A DNA stretch of 64,000 nt from an uncultured Planctomycetales bacterium (GTDB lineage Bacteria > Omnitrophota > Gorgyraeia > Gygaellales > Profunditerraquicolaceae), in contig CAZOGI010000008.1 in the NCBI GenBank assembly GCA_964579435.1, forward strand, positions 2,096 through 66,095. Reading direction: 5' to 3'. Both the position numbers and the translations under genes were made by a program. Each line of letters starts with the position of its first letter. Position 1 is the stretch's first letter. The notes beneath the pieces are model-generated. The model ran no database searches. It saw nothing but the letters and a program-made list of their open reading frames with translations, and was not told the origin of the DNA. Below, piece by piece: positions 27,113 to 35,363 of the stretch.

Positions 27113-28747
27113 ATGCGCCCGGTCACGCGCGGACCAAACAGACGAAAAGGACAAGCCCTGATCGCGGCATACCTGGCGATAACCGCGCTGCTTGCCCTGG
27201 CGGCGACGATCTCGACGAAAGCCATCTCCGAACGCAACACCGCAGCCCATCGGCAGATGCACTCCCAGATCTTTTATCTCGCCGAAGGGGGGATGGAAGA
27301 GACCCTGGCGGCATTCGCCTCGCAGATCGCTGATTACCAGATCAGCCCGGAGACCGACACCTTCAGCTGGAACTCGACCTTCGCTCCCTTCTCCAACGCC
27401 AGCGTCCGTTCCGAAATAACGCCGATAGACTCCGCAAGCAGCATGATCAGCGAATCCGACACCAATATCCTGGTGCGCCGCTATCTCATCAACTCAACCG
27501 TCACTCATCCCGACAACCCGGCACTGACCATCACCATCCACCAGATATTCGTCCGGCGCCTCATCCCAACGTTCCAGCATTCGGTCTTCTATGACCAGGA
27601 CCTGGAGATGCTCCCCGGACCGAACATGACTCTCACCGGACGCATCCATTCAAACCAGGACATATACCTCGATTCCCATAATGCCTTTACCATCAATTCG
27701 ACGTATCTTCACTCTGCAGGCAACATCTACAACAACCGCAAAGACGACTCAAGCGTGCTGGGAGGGGATGTTTACATACGCATCAACGCAACGAGCCCAA
27801 TACAGTGGGCGGCCATGAACAACCTCGATTGCGACAACGCCAACTGGACCAGCGCCGCCCTCGCGCGCTGGAACTCAACCGTCATGAGCAGCGTCCACGG
27901 CGTGCGGCGCATCAGCGCACCATCGGTTGCCTCCGTGCAACCGGGCGGTTACTACGATACCGCGGCAAACGTCAAGATCATCGACGATAACATCTATCGG
28001 GGCGGGGTACTCCTGAGCGAAGGAACCGATTATCCCGCCGGCACCATCACCGCCAACAATACCTTCTACAATAACCGCGAAGGCCGCAGGGTGCGTATGA
28101 CTACTATCGACCTGCGCAAGCTCGCCGGCTTCAGCAGCGCCAACGCTACCGCAGCCGATTTTCCCAACAACCTGCCGTCAAACGGACTGCTCTTCGCCAG
28201 CCGCAGCAGCGTACCGACCGGAGAGCAGGCGGGGATACGGCTGGCCAACGGCTCCGAGATACACCGCAGCGGCGGCCTCACCGTCGTCACCAACGACCCC
28301 CTCTATATCCAAGGGGATTACAACACCGTCAATGAGAAACCCACCAGCGTCATCTGCGATGCGGTCAACCTCCTCTCCAACTCCTGGAGCGACACCGCAA
28401 GCACCCTGACCCTGACCAGCCGTATCCCCTCGGCAACCAGCGTCATCTGTGCCTTTATCGCCGGAGTCGACGAAACGACTTCCGGCCAATATAACGGGGG
28501 ACTGGAGAATTACCCTCGCCTGCACGAAAAATGGGACAACCGGCAGTTGGCGATCAAAGGTTCTTTCGTCAGCCTGTGGGAAAGCCAGGTCGCAACCGGC
28601 AGCTGGGTCTATGGCGGCACCCAGTATACCGCACCGACGCGAAGCTGGCAGTATAATACCGCCTTCAACAACCCCGCCAATCTTCCGCCGTTCACCCCCT
28701 GGGCGGTGGAGACCCGACGCATCGCCTGGTGGGTAGAGAATTCTTAA
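27113..28747 (+). CDS. Large PilX_N-like pilus-associated protein (544 aa), N/T/S-rich; candidate tip/adhesin component
   Basis: N-terminal hydrophobic helix (ALIAAYLAITALLALAATI) is followed by QIFYLAEGGMEETLA, the PilX_N AEAGL-like motif. The remainder is rich in N, T and S with many N-x-T/S sequons. Confidence 0.5.
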   Translation: MRPVTRGPNRRKGQALIAAYLAITALLALAATISTKAISERNTAAHRQMHSQIFYLAEGGMEETLAAFASQIADYQISPETDTFSWNSTFAPFSNASVRSEITPIDSASSMISESDTNILVRRYLINSTVTHPDNPALTITIHQIFVRRLIPTFQHSVFYDQDLEMLPGPNMTLTGRIHSNQDIYLDSHNAFTINSTYLHSAGNIYNNRKDDSSVLGGDVYIRINATSPIQWAAMNNLDCDNANWTSAALARWNSTVMSSVHGVRRISAPSVASVQPGGYYDTAANVKIIDDNIYRGGVLLSEGTDYPAGTITANNTFYNNREGRRVRMTTIDLRKLAGFSSANATAADFPNNLPSNGLLFASRSSVPTGEQAGIRLANGSEIHRSGGLTVVTNDPLYIQGDYNTVNEKPTSVICDAVNLLSNSWSDTASTLTLTSRIPSATSVICAFIAGVDETTSGQYNGGLENYPRLHEKWDNRQLAIKGSFVSLWESQVATGSWVYGGTQYTAPTRSWQYNTAFNNPANLPPFTPWAVETRRIAWWVENS

Positions 28748-28870
28748 GCGCACGGGAGCACCAGGAACAAGAACACAAGAATGAAGCAATCAGACAGTGC
28801 GCTCGAACAGCAAGCGCGACACCCGCGCCATTCTGATTAACGCGGAGTGTTTGTGCCCCTGTGCACCGGT
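28748..28870 (+). repeat. Intergenic CA-rich repeat (GCACCAGGAACAAGAACACAAG) plus degenerate inverted copy (GTGTTTGTGCCCCTGTGCACC)
   Basis: Forward heptamer-like array at 28748-28786 and an inverted degenerate copy at 28845-28870. It belongs to the same family as the 32456, 38611 and 62694 loci. Confidence 0.4.
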
Positions 28871-28891
28871 ACGTTTGTAACCACGCACCCC

Positions 28892-28920
28892 TTGCGCTTG
28901 CCTGTCTTTTCCTCTATAAT
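28892..28920 (+). promoter_or_regulatory. Sigma70-like promoter TTGCGC-17-TATAAT; ATG of marC at predicted +1 (leaderless)
   Basis: TATAAT at 28915-28920, and the ATG at 28928 lies 7 nt downstream. The -35 is TTGCGC at 28892-97. Confidence 0.4.
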
Positions 28921-28927
28921 AATCGTC

Positions 28928-29518
28928 ATGCTTAAACTCCTTGAACCTTATATAGTAGCGTTCATCCCGCTCTTTGTGGCGGTCGATGCCTTCGGCAATA
29001 TACCGCTTTATATCTCGCTGGTGGAGCATCTGGGCAAAAAACAGCGCGAGCGGATCGTCTCGGTCGCCGTCTCTACCGCCACGGTCGTCGCGCTCCTGTT
29101 CGTCTTCATCGGCAAAGCGGTCTTCCATCTCATCGGGATATCCATCTCCGACTTCCAGATCGCCGGAGGCGCCCTGCTCTTCGTCATCGCCATGCGCCTG
29201 CTCCTTCCCGGATCGGCAAAGGCGATCTATGTCGCCGACAACAGCAAGGATATCGGCGTATTCCCCCTGGGCACCCCGCTCATCACCGGACCGGCGGTCC
29301 TGACCACCACGCTGATGATGCTGGACTCCCACGGCAAAGCGGCAACCCTCATCTCGCTGCTGCTGAACATGCTCATCGTCTGGGTGACGCTGGCCAAAGC
29401 GGAATTTTTTCTGCGGGTCATGGGGGAGAACGGCGCCCGCGCGTTCGCCAAGATCATGTACGTGCTTTTGGCGGCGATCGGGGTGATGATGATCCGCCGC
29501 GGCATCGGCGCGCCATGA
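28928..29518 (+). CDS. MarC family integral membrane protein (UPF0056)
   Basis: Six-TM small membrane protein with FIPLFVAVDAFGNIPLYISL, the MarC-family N-terminal motif. Confidence 0.7.
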   Translation: MLKLLEPYIVAFIPLFVAVDAFGNIPLYISLVEHLGKKQRERIVSVAVSTATVVALLFVFIGKAVFHLIGISISDFQIAGGALLFVIAMRLLLPGSAKAIYVADNSKDIGVFPLGTPLITGPAVLTTTLMMLDSHGKAATLISLLLNMLIVWVTLAKAEFFLRVMGENGARAFAKIMYVLLAAIGVMMIRRGIGAP

Positions 29519-30741
29519 AACGCGACGTCCTTACCTTTATTATGGCCGGGGGCAAAGGGGAACGGCTCTGGCCGCTCACCAAAGACCGCACCAAACCCGC
29601 GGTCCCGTTCGGCGGGATATACCGCATCATCGACTTTACCCTGAGCAACTGCATCAACTCGGGCCTGCGGCAGATCTACGTGCTGACCCAGTACAAATCC
29701 GCCTCGCTGCACCGGCACGTGCGCCTGGGCTGGAGCATCCTTTCCTCGGACCTGGGCGAATACATCGAGTTGCTGCCTGCCCAGCAGCGGCTGGGGGAGA
29801 GCTGGTACCAGGGGACCGCCGACGCCATTTTCCAGAACATCTATACCGCTGAGTCGGAAAAACCGGAAACGGTCCTCATCCTGGCCGGCGACCACGTCTA
29901 CAAGATGAATTACTCCTCGATGATCTCCTTCCACCGCAATACCGGCGCGGACATGACCATCAGCGTGATCGAGGTGCCGCGGGAATACGCGCCGCAGCTG
30001 GGGGTCATCGAAGTCGATTCGATCGGCCGCGTCCAGGGATTCCAGGAGAAACCAACGGCACCCAAAACGATAGGCGAACGTCCGGACCGGATTTACGCTT
30101 CAATGGGGATCTACGCCTTCAGCCGCGCGGCACTGGAAGCCCTGCTGATGGAAGACGCGCATAACGAGTATTCGAAGCACGATTTCGGCAGGGACATCAT
30201 ACCCTTGATGCTTAAGAAAGGCATGAAAATTGCCGCCTACCATTTCATAGACGAAAACCGTAAAGAGACGCCGTACTGGCGGGACATCGGCACCATCGAC
30301 GCCTACTATGAAGCGAACATGGACCTCATCCAGATCGACCCGGTCTTCAACCTCTACGACACCGAATGGCCGGTCCGCACCTGCCAGGAACAGAGCCCGC
30401 CCGCCAAAACCGTTTTTTCGGGTGAGGAGATCGGCGGGCGCATCGGGCTGGTCCTGGACGCACTCGTCTCCAACGGATGCATCATCAGCGGCGGCAAGGT
30501 CCAGCGTTCGATCCTCTCCCAGAACGTACGTATCAACAGCTTCTCCCAGGTCCAGGACTCCATACTCATGGAAGGCGTAGAGATCAGCCGCCATGCCAGG
30601 ATCCGCCGCGCGATAATCGACAAGGAAGTCACCATACCGCCAGGGATGGTCATCGGTTACGATCCCGAGGAGGACCGCAAACGCTTCCTGGTGACCGAAT
30701 CGGGGGTCGTGGTCGTCGCAAAAGGGACGGAGATAAAATGA
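29515..30741 (+). CDS. glgC: Glucose-1-phosphate adenylyltransferase
   Basis: AFIMAGGKGERLWPLTKDRTKPAVPFGGIYRIIDFTLSNCINSG is the GlgC N-terminal signature. A left-handed beta-helix is C-terminal. Confidence 0.9.
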   Translation: MKRDVLTFIMAGGKGERLWPLTKDRTKPAVPFGGIYRIIDFTLSNCINSGLRQIYVLTQYKSASLHRHVRLGWSILSSDLGEYIELLPAQQRLGESWYQGTADAIFQNIYTAESEKPETVLILAGDHVYKMNYSSMISFHRNTGADMTISVIEVPREYAPQLGVIEVDSIGRVQGFQEKPTAPKTIGERPDRIYASMGIYAFSRAALEALLMEDAHNEYSKHDFGRDIIPLMLKKGMKIAAYHFIDENRKETPYWRDIGTIDAYYEANMDLIQIDPVFNLYDTEWPVRTCQEQSPPAKTVFSGEEIGGRIGLVLDALVSNGCIISGGKVQRSILSQNVRINSFSQVQDSILMEGVEISRHARIRRAIIDKEVTIPPGMVIGYDPEEDRKRFLVTESGVVVVAKGTEIK

Positions 30742-31205
30742 AAAAACCGGTTGAGTTGCTGCGCAAGGCCCGCATCGCCGACGTTAAAGATATCCAGACC
30801 CTCATCCACTCTTTCGCCCAGGCGGACCTGATGCTGCCGCGCTCTCTCAACGAGCTCTTCGACCATCTGCGCGACTACTGGGTCTGCGAGCGCGCCGGCA
30901 AGATCATCGGCTGCTGCGCGCTGCACGTCTGCTGGCAGGACCTGGCCGAGATCAAATCACTCGCCGTCGAACGCAGGCTCCAATGCAAAGGCATCGGCAC
31001 CCGGTTGGTGGAGGCCTGCATGAACGAAGCAAAAACGATGGGGGCCAAGCGCGTCTTCGTCCTGACCTACCAGCCCGATTTCTTCAAACGGTTCGGGTTC
31101 CGCAGGGTTACCCACGCCTCGCTGCCCCATAAGGTGTGGGCCGAATGCATCAATTGCCCGAAATTCCCCGATTGCCGGGAAATCGCACTGTTAAAAACCT
31201 TGTAA
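30738..31205 (+). CDS. GNAT family N-acetyltransferase (short ArgA-like with C-terminal Cys motif)
   Basis: GNAT motif A (LAVERRLQCKGIGTRLVE) and C-terminal KVWAECINCPKFPDCRE. ATGA overlap with glgC. Confidence 0.7.
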   Translation: MKKPVELLRKARIADVKDIQTLIHSFAQADLMLPRSLNELFDHLRDYWVCERAGKIIGCCALHVCWQDLAEIKSLAVERRLQCKGIGTRLVEACMNEAKTMGAKRVFVLTYQPDFFKRFGFRRVTHASLPHKVWAECINCPKFPDCREIALLKTL

Positions 31206-31292
31206 AAAAACCGATTTGTGGTAAGATATTTTTTTTGTACGGCAGCCGCCGGTCGGGGGCTGCGGATAACCACCATCCGTAAGGAGGCAGGA

Positions 31293-32444
31293 ATGGATTA
31301 TCTGTTTTCGGAAGAACAAAAAATGATCCGCGACCTCGCGCACAAGATTGCCGAGGAGAAGATACGTCCGGTCGCCGCCAAGTACGACCAGAGCGAGGAA
31401 TACCCCTGGGAGGTCATCAAGGTCATCGCCGAATCGGACCTGTTCGGGCTCTTCATCCCGGAAGAGTACGGCGGAATGGGGGTCAACGTACTGAACCTGT
31501 GTTTGGCGACCGAGGAATTTTCGCGCGCCTGCGGCGGTATCGCGGTCTGCTATGCCGCCTCGGCCCTGGGGACGTTCCCGATCGTGCTCTTCGGCAACGA
31601 CGCCCAGAAGAAAAAGTACCTGCCGGCCCTGGCCAAGGGAACGAAGGTCGCCGCCTTCGGCATAACCGAGCCGGAAGCCGGCTCCGATGCCTCGGCGATC
31701 AAGACGACCGCGCGCAAAGAGGGCGACCACTACGTCCTCAATGGTCTGAAACATTTCATCACCAACGGCGGCGACGCGGAAACCTACGTCGTCATCGCCA
31801 TGACCAACAAAACAAAAGGGGCGCGCGGGGCATCGGCGTTCATCGTCGAAAAAGGCACCCCGGGCTTTACCTTCGGCAAGAAGGAGGACAAGTTCGGCAT
31901 CCGCGCCTCCTCGACCCGGGAGCTCATCTTCACCGACTGCAAGATCCCCAAGGAAAATTTGTTGGCGAAGGAAGGCATGGGCTTTATCGTCACGATGCGC
32001 ACTTTCGACATGTCGCGTCCGGGCGTTGCGGCGCAGGCGCTGGGGATCGCCCAGGGAGCGCTGGAGCTGGCGGTCAAATACGCCAAGGAGCGCCACCAGT
32101 TCGGCAAATCGATCTCCAGCTTCCAGGGAATCCAATGGATGCTCGCCGACATGGCGACCGAGATCGAGGCGGCGCGCGCGCTGGTCTATGCAACCGCCCG
32201 GGCGGTCGATGCCGGCTCCAAAGACGTCTCCAAGGAATCCGCCATGGCCAAGATGTACGCCTCGGACGTGGCGATGAAGGTGACGGTAGAGGCCCTGCAG
32301 ATCTTCGGCGGGTACGGATACATGAAGGAGTATCCGATCGAGAAGTACATGCGCGACGCCAAGATCACCCAGATCTACGAAGGCACCAACCAGATCCAGC
32401 GCAACATCATCGCGCTGCAGCTGATCAAGGAGCTGGCGAAATAG
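31293..32444 (+). CDS. Acyl-CoA dehydrogenase (short-chain/butyryl-CoA dehydrogenase-like)
   Basis: Length (383 aa) and motifs (GITEPEAGSDA, catalytic region YEGTNQIQRNIIA) fit the family. AAGGAGG RBS lies 6 nt upstream of the ATG. Confidence 0.85.
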   Translation: MDYLFSEEQKMIRDLAHKIAEEKIRPVAAKYDQSEEYPWEVIKVIAESDLFGLFIPEEYGGMGVNVLNLCLATEEFSRACGGIAVCYAASALGTFPIVLFGNDAQKKKYLPALAKGTKVAAFGITEPEAGSDASAIKTTARKEGDHYVLNGLKHFITNGGDAETYVVIAMTNKTKGARGASAFIVEKGTPGFTFGKKEDKFGIRASSTRELIFTDCKIPKENLLAKEGMGFIVTMRTFDMSRPGVAAQALGIAQGALELAVKYAKERHQFGKSISSFQGIQWMLADMATEIEAARALVYATARAVDAGSKDVSKESAMAKMYASDVAMKVTVEALQIFGGYGYMKEYPIEKYMRDAKITQIYEGTNQIQRNIIALQLIKELAK

Positions 32445-32455
32445 GTCACGACCTC

Positions 32456-32506
32456 CAAACACACAAGACACAAGACACCAGACACAAGACACATGACACA
32501 AGAAAA
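32456..32506 (+). repeat. CA-rich tandem heptamer array (ACAAGAC ACAAGAC ACCAGAC ACAAGAC ACATGAC ACAAG)
   Basis: About six clean 7-nt units sit 12 nt after the acyl-CoA dehydrogenase stop and 57 nt before etfB. Both flanking genes are on the same strand. Confidence 0.5.
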
Positions 32507-32562
32507 GCGCATCGAACGCTGAGAGACGAAAACAGGAGAAGACGCGTCCCTCCCTCAATCCC

Positions 32563-33345
32563 ATGAACATACTCGTCTGCATCAAACAGGTTCCCGAAAC
32601 AACCGACGTGCGGATCAACCCCGAAACTAATACCCTGATCCGCGAAGGCGTCAAATCGATCATCAACCCCTTCGACCTGTACGCGATCGAAGAGGGGGTG
32701 CGCCTTAAGGAAAAGAACACCGGCACCGTCACGGTCATCACCATGGGGCCACCGCAGGCCGAAGGCGCGCTGCGAGAGGCCATTTCCATGGGAGCCGACG
32801 CCGGGATTCTGGTTTGCGACCGCGCCTTTGCCGGCAGCGACACCTGGGCAACCAGCTATACCCTGGCCGGGGCGATACGCAAGATCGGCTCTTTCGACCT
32901 GATCATCTGCGGCAAACAGGCATCCGACGGAGATACGGCGCAGGTCGGGCCGGGTATCGCCACCCACCTGGACATCCCGCAGGTCACCTACGTCAAGAAG
33001 ATCGAGGAAGTAAAAAACGGAAAAATGCGCGTGGAGCGGATGATGGAAGAGGGTTTCGAGATCATCGAGCTGCCGCTGCCGGGGCTCATCACCGTCGTCA
33101 AGGAGATCAACGAACCCCGCATCCCTTCGCTCAAAGGGATGATGCGCGCAAAATCGGCCCCGATAACCACCTGGACGCAGAAAGACCTGAACCTGGACCC
33201 CAACTCCATCGGATTGTGCGGCTCGCCGACCCAGGTCGTCAAGATCTTCTCGCCCCCGCAGCGCAGCGGCGGAGAGATCCTCAAAGGCGAACCTGCCGAG
33301 GTCGCCTCAAGACTGGTCCAGCTGCTCAAAGACGAGGTCCATTGA
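32563..33345 (+). CDS. etfB: Electron transfer flavoprotein beta subunit
   Basis: MNILVCIKQVPETTDVRINPETNTLIREGV...INPFDLYAIEEGVRLKE is the EtfB consensus. Confidence 0.85.
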   Translation: MNILVCIKQVPETTDVRINPETNTLIREGVKSIINPFDLYAIEEGVRLKEKNTGTVTVITMGPPQAEGALREAISMGADAGILVCDRAFAGSDTWATSYTLAGAIRKIGSFDLIICGKQASDGDTAQVGPGIATHLDIPQVTYVKKIEEVKNGKMRVERMMEEGFEIIELPLPGLITVVKEINEPRIPSLKGMMRAKSAPITTWTQKDLNLDPNSIGLCGSPTQVVKIFSPPQRSGGEILKGEPAEVASRLVQLLKDEVH

Positions 33346-33348
33346 TCC

Positions 33349-34551
33349 ATGCCCATACAGATCCTGGTTGAAAAATGCACCGGCTGCACCCTCTGCGTCA
33401 AGGCCTGCCCGTTCGACGCCATCCGCATGATGGACAAAAAGGCGCAGATCGATTTCAACAAATGCACCCTCTGCGGCGCATGCGTCTCGGCCTGTAAATT
33501 CAAAGCGGTGCTCCTGGAAAAAACGCCGCTCAAATGCGACCTGCCCGGGATAAAAGACTATGCGGGGATATGGGTCTTTATCGAACAGAAGAACGGGAAG
33601 GTCCAGTCGGTCGCGTATGAGCTCCTGGGCAAGGCGCGGGAGCTGGCGGAAAAACGCGGCTGTTCGGTCGCCGCGGTAGTGATCGGCAACCAGATGGACG
33701 AATCGCTGGATGAGATCATCTGGCACGGGGCGGACACCGTCTATCTGGTCCAGGCCCCGGAGATCGCCCATTTCCAGGACGAGCCCTACACCAACATCCT
33801 CTGCGGCCTCATTCGCACATACAAGCCCGAGATACTCCTCTGCGGCGCGACCTCGATCGGCCGCTCGCTCATCGCACGGGTCGCCATCAAGGTGAACGCC
33901 GGGCTCACGGCGGACTGCACCGGCCTGGACATCGACCCGCAGAAGAAGATACTCCTGCAGACGCGCCCTGCCTTCGGCGGCAACATCATGGCGACGATCA
34001 TCAGTCCGAACCACCGCCCGCAGATGGCGACCGTGCGCCACAAGGTTTTCCAGCCGCTGGCGCCGGACAAAAAACGCAAAGGAACCGTCATCCGCGAGAC
34101 ATTCGGCGCCGAGGCGCTGGCTTCGCGCACCCGGCTTCTGGATATCGTCGAAGAAGTCGAGAACCTTGTCAATATCGCGGAGGCTGACATCATCGTCTCC
34201 GGAGGAAGGGGCATGGGAGGAGGGGAACAGTTCAAGCTGCTGGAAGAGCTGGCCCACACCCTCGGCGCCGCGATCGGCGCTTCGCGCGCGGCAGTCGATT
34301 CCGGCTGGATGCCGTACTCGCACCAGGTCGGCCAGACCGGGCGCACCGTCGCGCCGAAGCTGTATATCGCCTGCGGGATCTCCGGGCAGATCCAGCACTT
34401 CGTCGGCATGTCTTCCTCCAAGATCATCGTCGCCATCAATAAAGATCCCGATGCGCCCATTTTCAAATTCGCCACCTACGGCATCGTCGGAGATCTCTTC
34501 CAGGTGATCCCGGAACTGACCAAGCGTTTCAAGGAGACCCTTAAACGCTAA
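33349..34551 (+). CDS. etfA: Electron transfer flavoprotein alpha subunit with N-terminal 2x[4Fe-4S] ferredoxin domain
   Basis: The N-terminal region has two CxxCxxCxxxCP motifs (CTGCTLCVKACP and CTLCGACVSACKF). EtfA FAD-binding motifs (GISGQIQHFVGM, AINKDPDAPIF) lie C-terminally. Confidence 0.85.
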   Translation: MPIQILVEKCTGCTLCVKACPFDAIRMMDKKAQIDFNKCTLCGACVSACKFKAVLLEKTPLKCDLPGIKDYAGIWVFIEQKNGKVQSVAYELLGKARELAEKRGCSVAAVVIGNQMDESLDEIIWHGADTVYLVQAPEIAHFQDEPYTNILCGLIRTYKPEILLCGATSIGRSLIARVAIKVNAGLTADCTGLDIDPQKKILLQTRPAFGGNIMATIISPNHRPQMATVRHKVFQPLAPDKKRKGTVIRETFGAEALASRTRLLDIVEEVENLVNIAEADIIVSGGRGMGGGEQFKLLEELAHTLGAAIGASRAAVDSGWMPYSHQVGQTGRTVAPKLYIACGISGQIQHFVGMSSSKIIVAINKDPDAPIFKFATYGIVGDLFQVIPELTKRFKETLKR

Positions 34552-34569
34552 CCGAGGAGACAGCGCCCT

Positions 34570-34938
34570 ATGGATGCGTCGGATAAACGCAAGTACCCGC
34601 GGCTCTTCTTCAACGTCAAGATCGATTACCAGAAGGTCGACGCCAACGCCCTGCCCCTGGCCAACACCTACAGCAAGAACATCGGGGGAGGCGGCATCTG
34701 CATGTTCTCGCTGGAGAAATTGGAGACGGGCACCGGGATCAAGCTGACCTTCACGCTGCCCGACCATAACAAGACCGTCGAAGCGCTCGGCAAGGTCGTC
34801 TGGGTTGACCGCTTCAGCATCGAGGACCGCCAGAACGAGACCGCCTACGAAGCCGGCATCGAGTTCGTTGATATCAACGACAAAGACCGCGCCCTCATCC
34901 AAACCTATGTCCTGGGGATCATGAAACAACCCTCCTAA
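34570..34938 (+). CDS. PilZ domain protein (putative c-di-GMP receptor)
   Basis: RKYPRLFF (the RxxxR-like motif) and NIGGGGICM (DxSxxG-like) are the PilZ signature pair. Single-domain protein of 122 aa. Confidence 0.6.
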   Translation: MDASDKRKYPRLFFNVKIDYQKVDANALPLANTYSKNIGGGGICMFSLEKLETGTGIKLTFTLPDHNKTVEALGKVVWVDRFSIEDRQNETAYEAGIEFVDINDKDRALIQTYVLGIMKQPS

Positions 34939-35111
34939 GAATCCTCGGAAACGCCACGCTCCTTTTCAGTAAAATATCCATAACTGTCTGGAAAATTTAT
35001 AATTACGTTAATCTCAATCTTCATTCTTTAGCACTGTTTCTCAATCATATGTCAAGAAATGTAAAGATTCTCCTTGACAAATCGTTTCCCTTTGGTACAA
35101 TTGCAGTTAAG

Positions 35112-35306
35112 ATGAACATGAAAGAACCTTCCGCTGCAGGCCTTCTCACCATCGACGAGCTTTCGCTCTACCTGAAAGTCACCCGCAGGACCATTTACGA
35201 CTGGCTCAAACACAATAAGATCCCGGCGATCAAACTCGTCGGACAGTGGCGTTTCCGCAAAGAAACCATCGACGCCTGGATCGAGCACAACTCAAAAGCG
35301 CAATGA
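35112..35306 (+). CDS. Helix-turn-helix DNA-binding protein, excisionase/MerR-like HTH_17 family (64 aa)
   Basis: LLTIDELSLYLKVTRRTIYDWLKHNKIPAIKLVGQWRF. Preferred start is the ATG at 35112 after a TTGACA-15-TACAAT promoter at 35075-35101. The track's 35049 start lies inside an AT-rich putative regulatory region. Confidence 0.5.
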   Translation: MNMKEPSAAGLLTIDELSLYLKVTRRTIYDWLKHNKIPAIKLVGQWRFRKETIDAWIEHNSKAQ

Positions 35307-35363
35307 CCGGCCTTTCTGAAACAGTGAAACGCTCCCGATTGCCCCTCAAAGGAGGCGCCCCCT

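Noticed and set aside
30477-30737. Long upstream extensions of the GNAT ORF at 30477 (MHHQRRQGPAFDP...) and other ORF-track extensions at 1619, 5017, 11641, 24192, 26435, 28847, 43696, 45186, 52904, 53386 and 57020.
   Set aside because: The extended N-termini overlap the preceding genes in another frame and are Arg/Pro-rich. Internal ATGs placed at or near the upstream stop give proteins beginning at the conserved family N-termini, and these were used.
34939-35306. Integrated mobile element or prophage boundary suggested by the excisionase-family HTH gene plus AT-rich DNA.
   Set aside because: No integrase, recombinase, tRNA attachment site or flanking direct repeats are visible in the window. 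Kept only as a low-confidence possibility within the corresponding finding.
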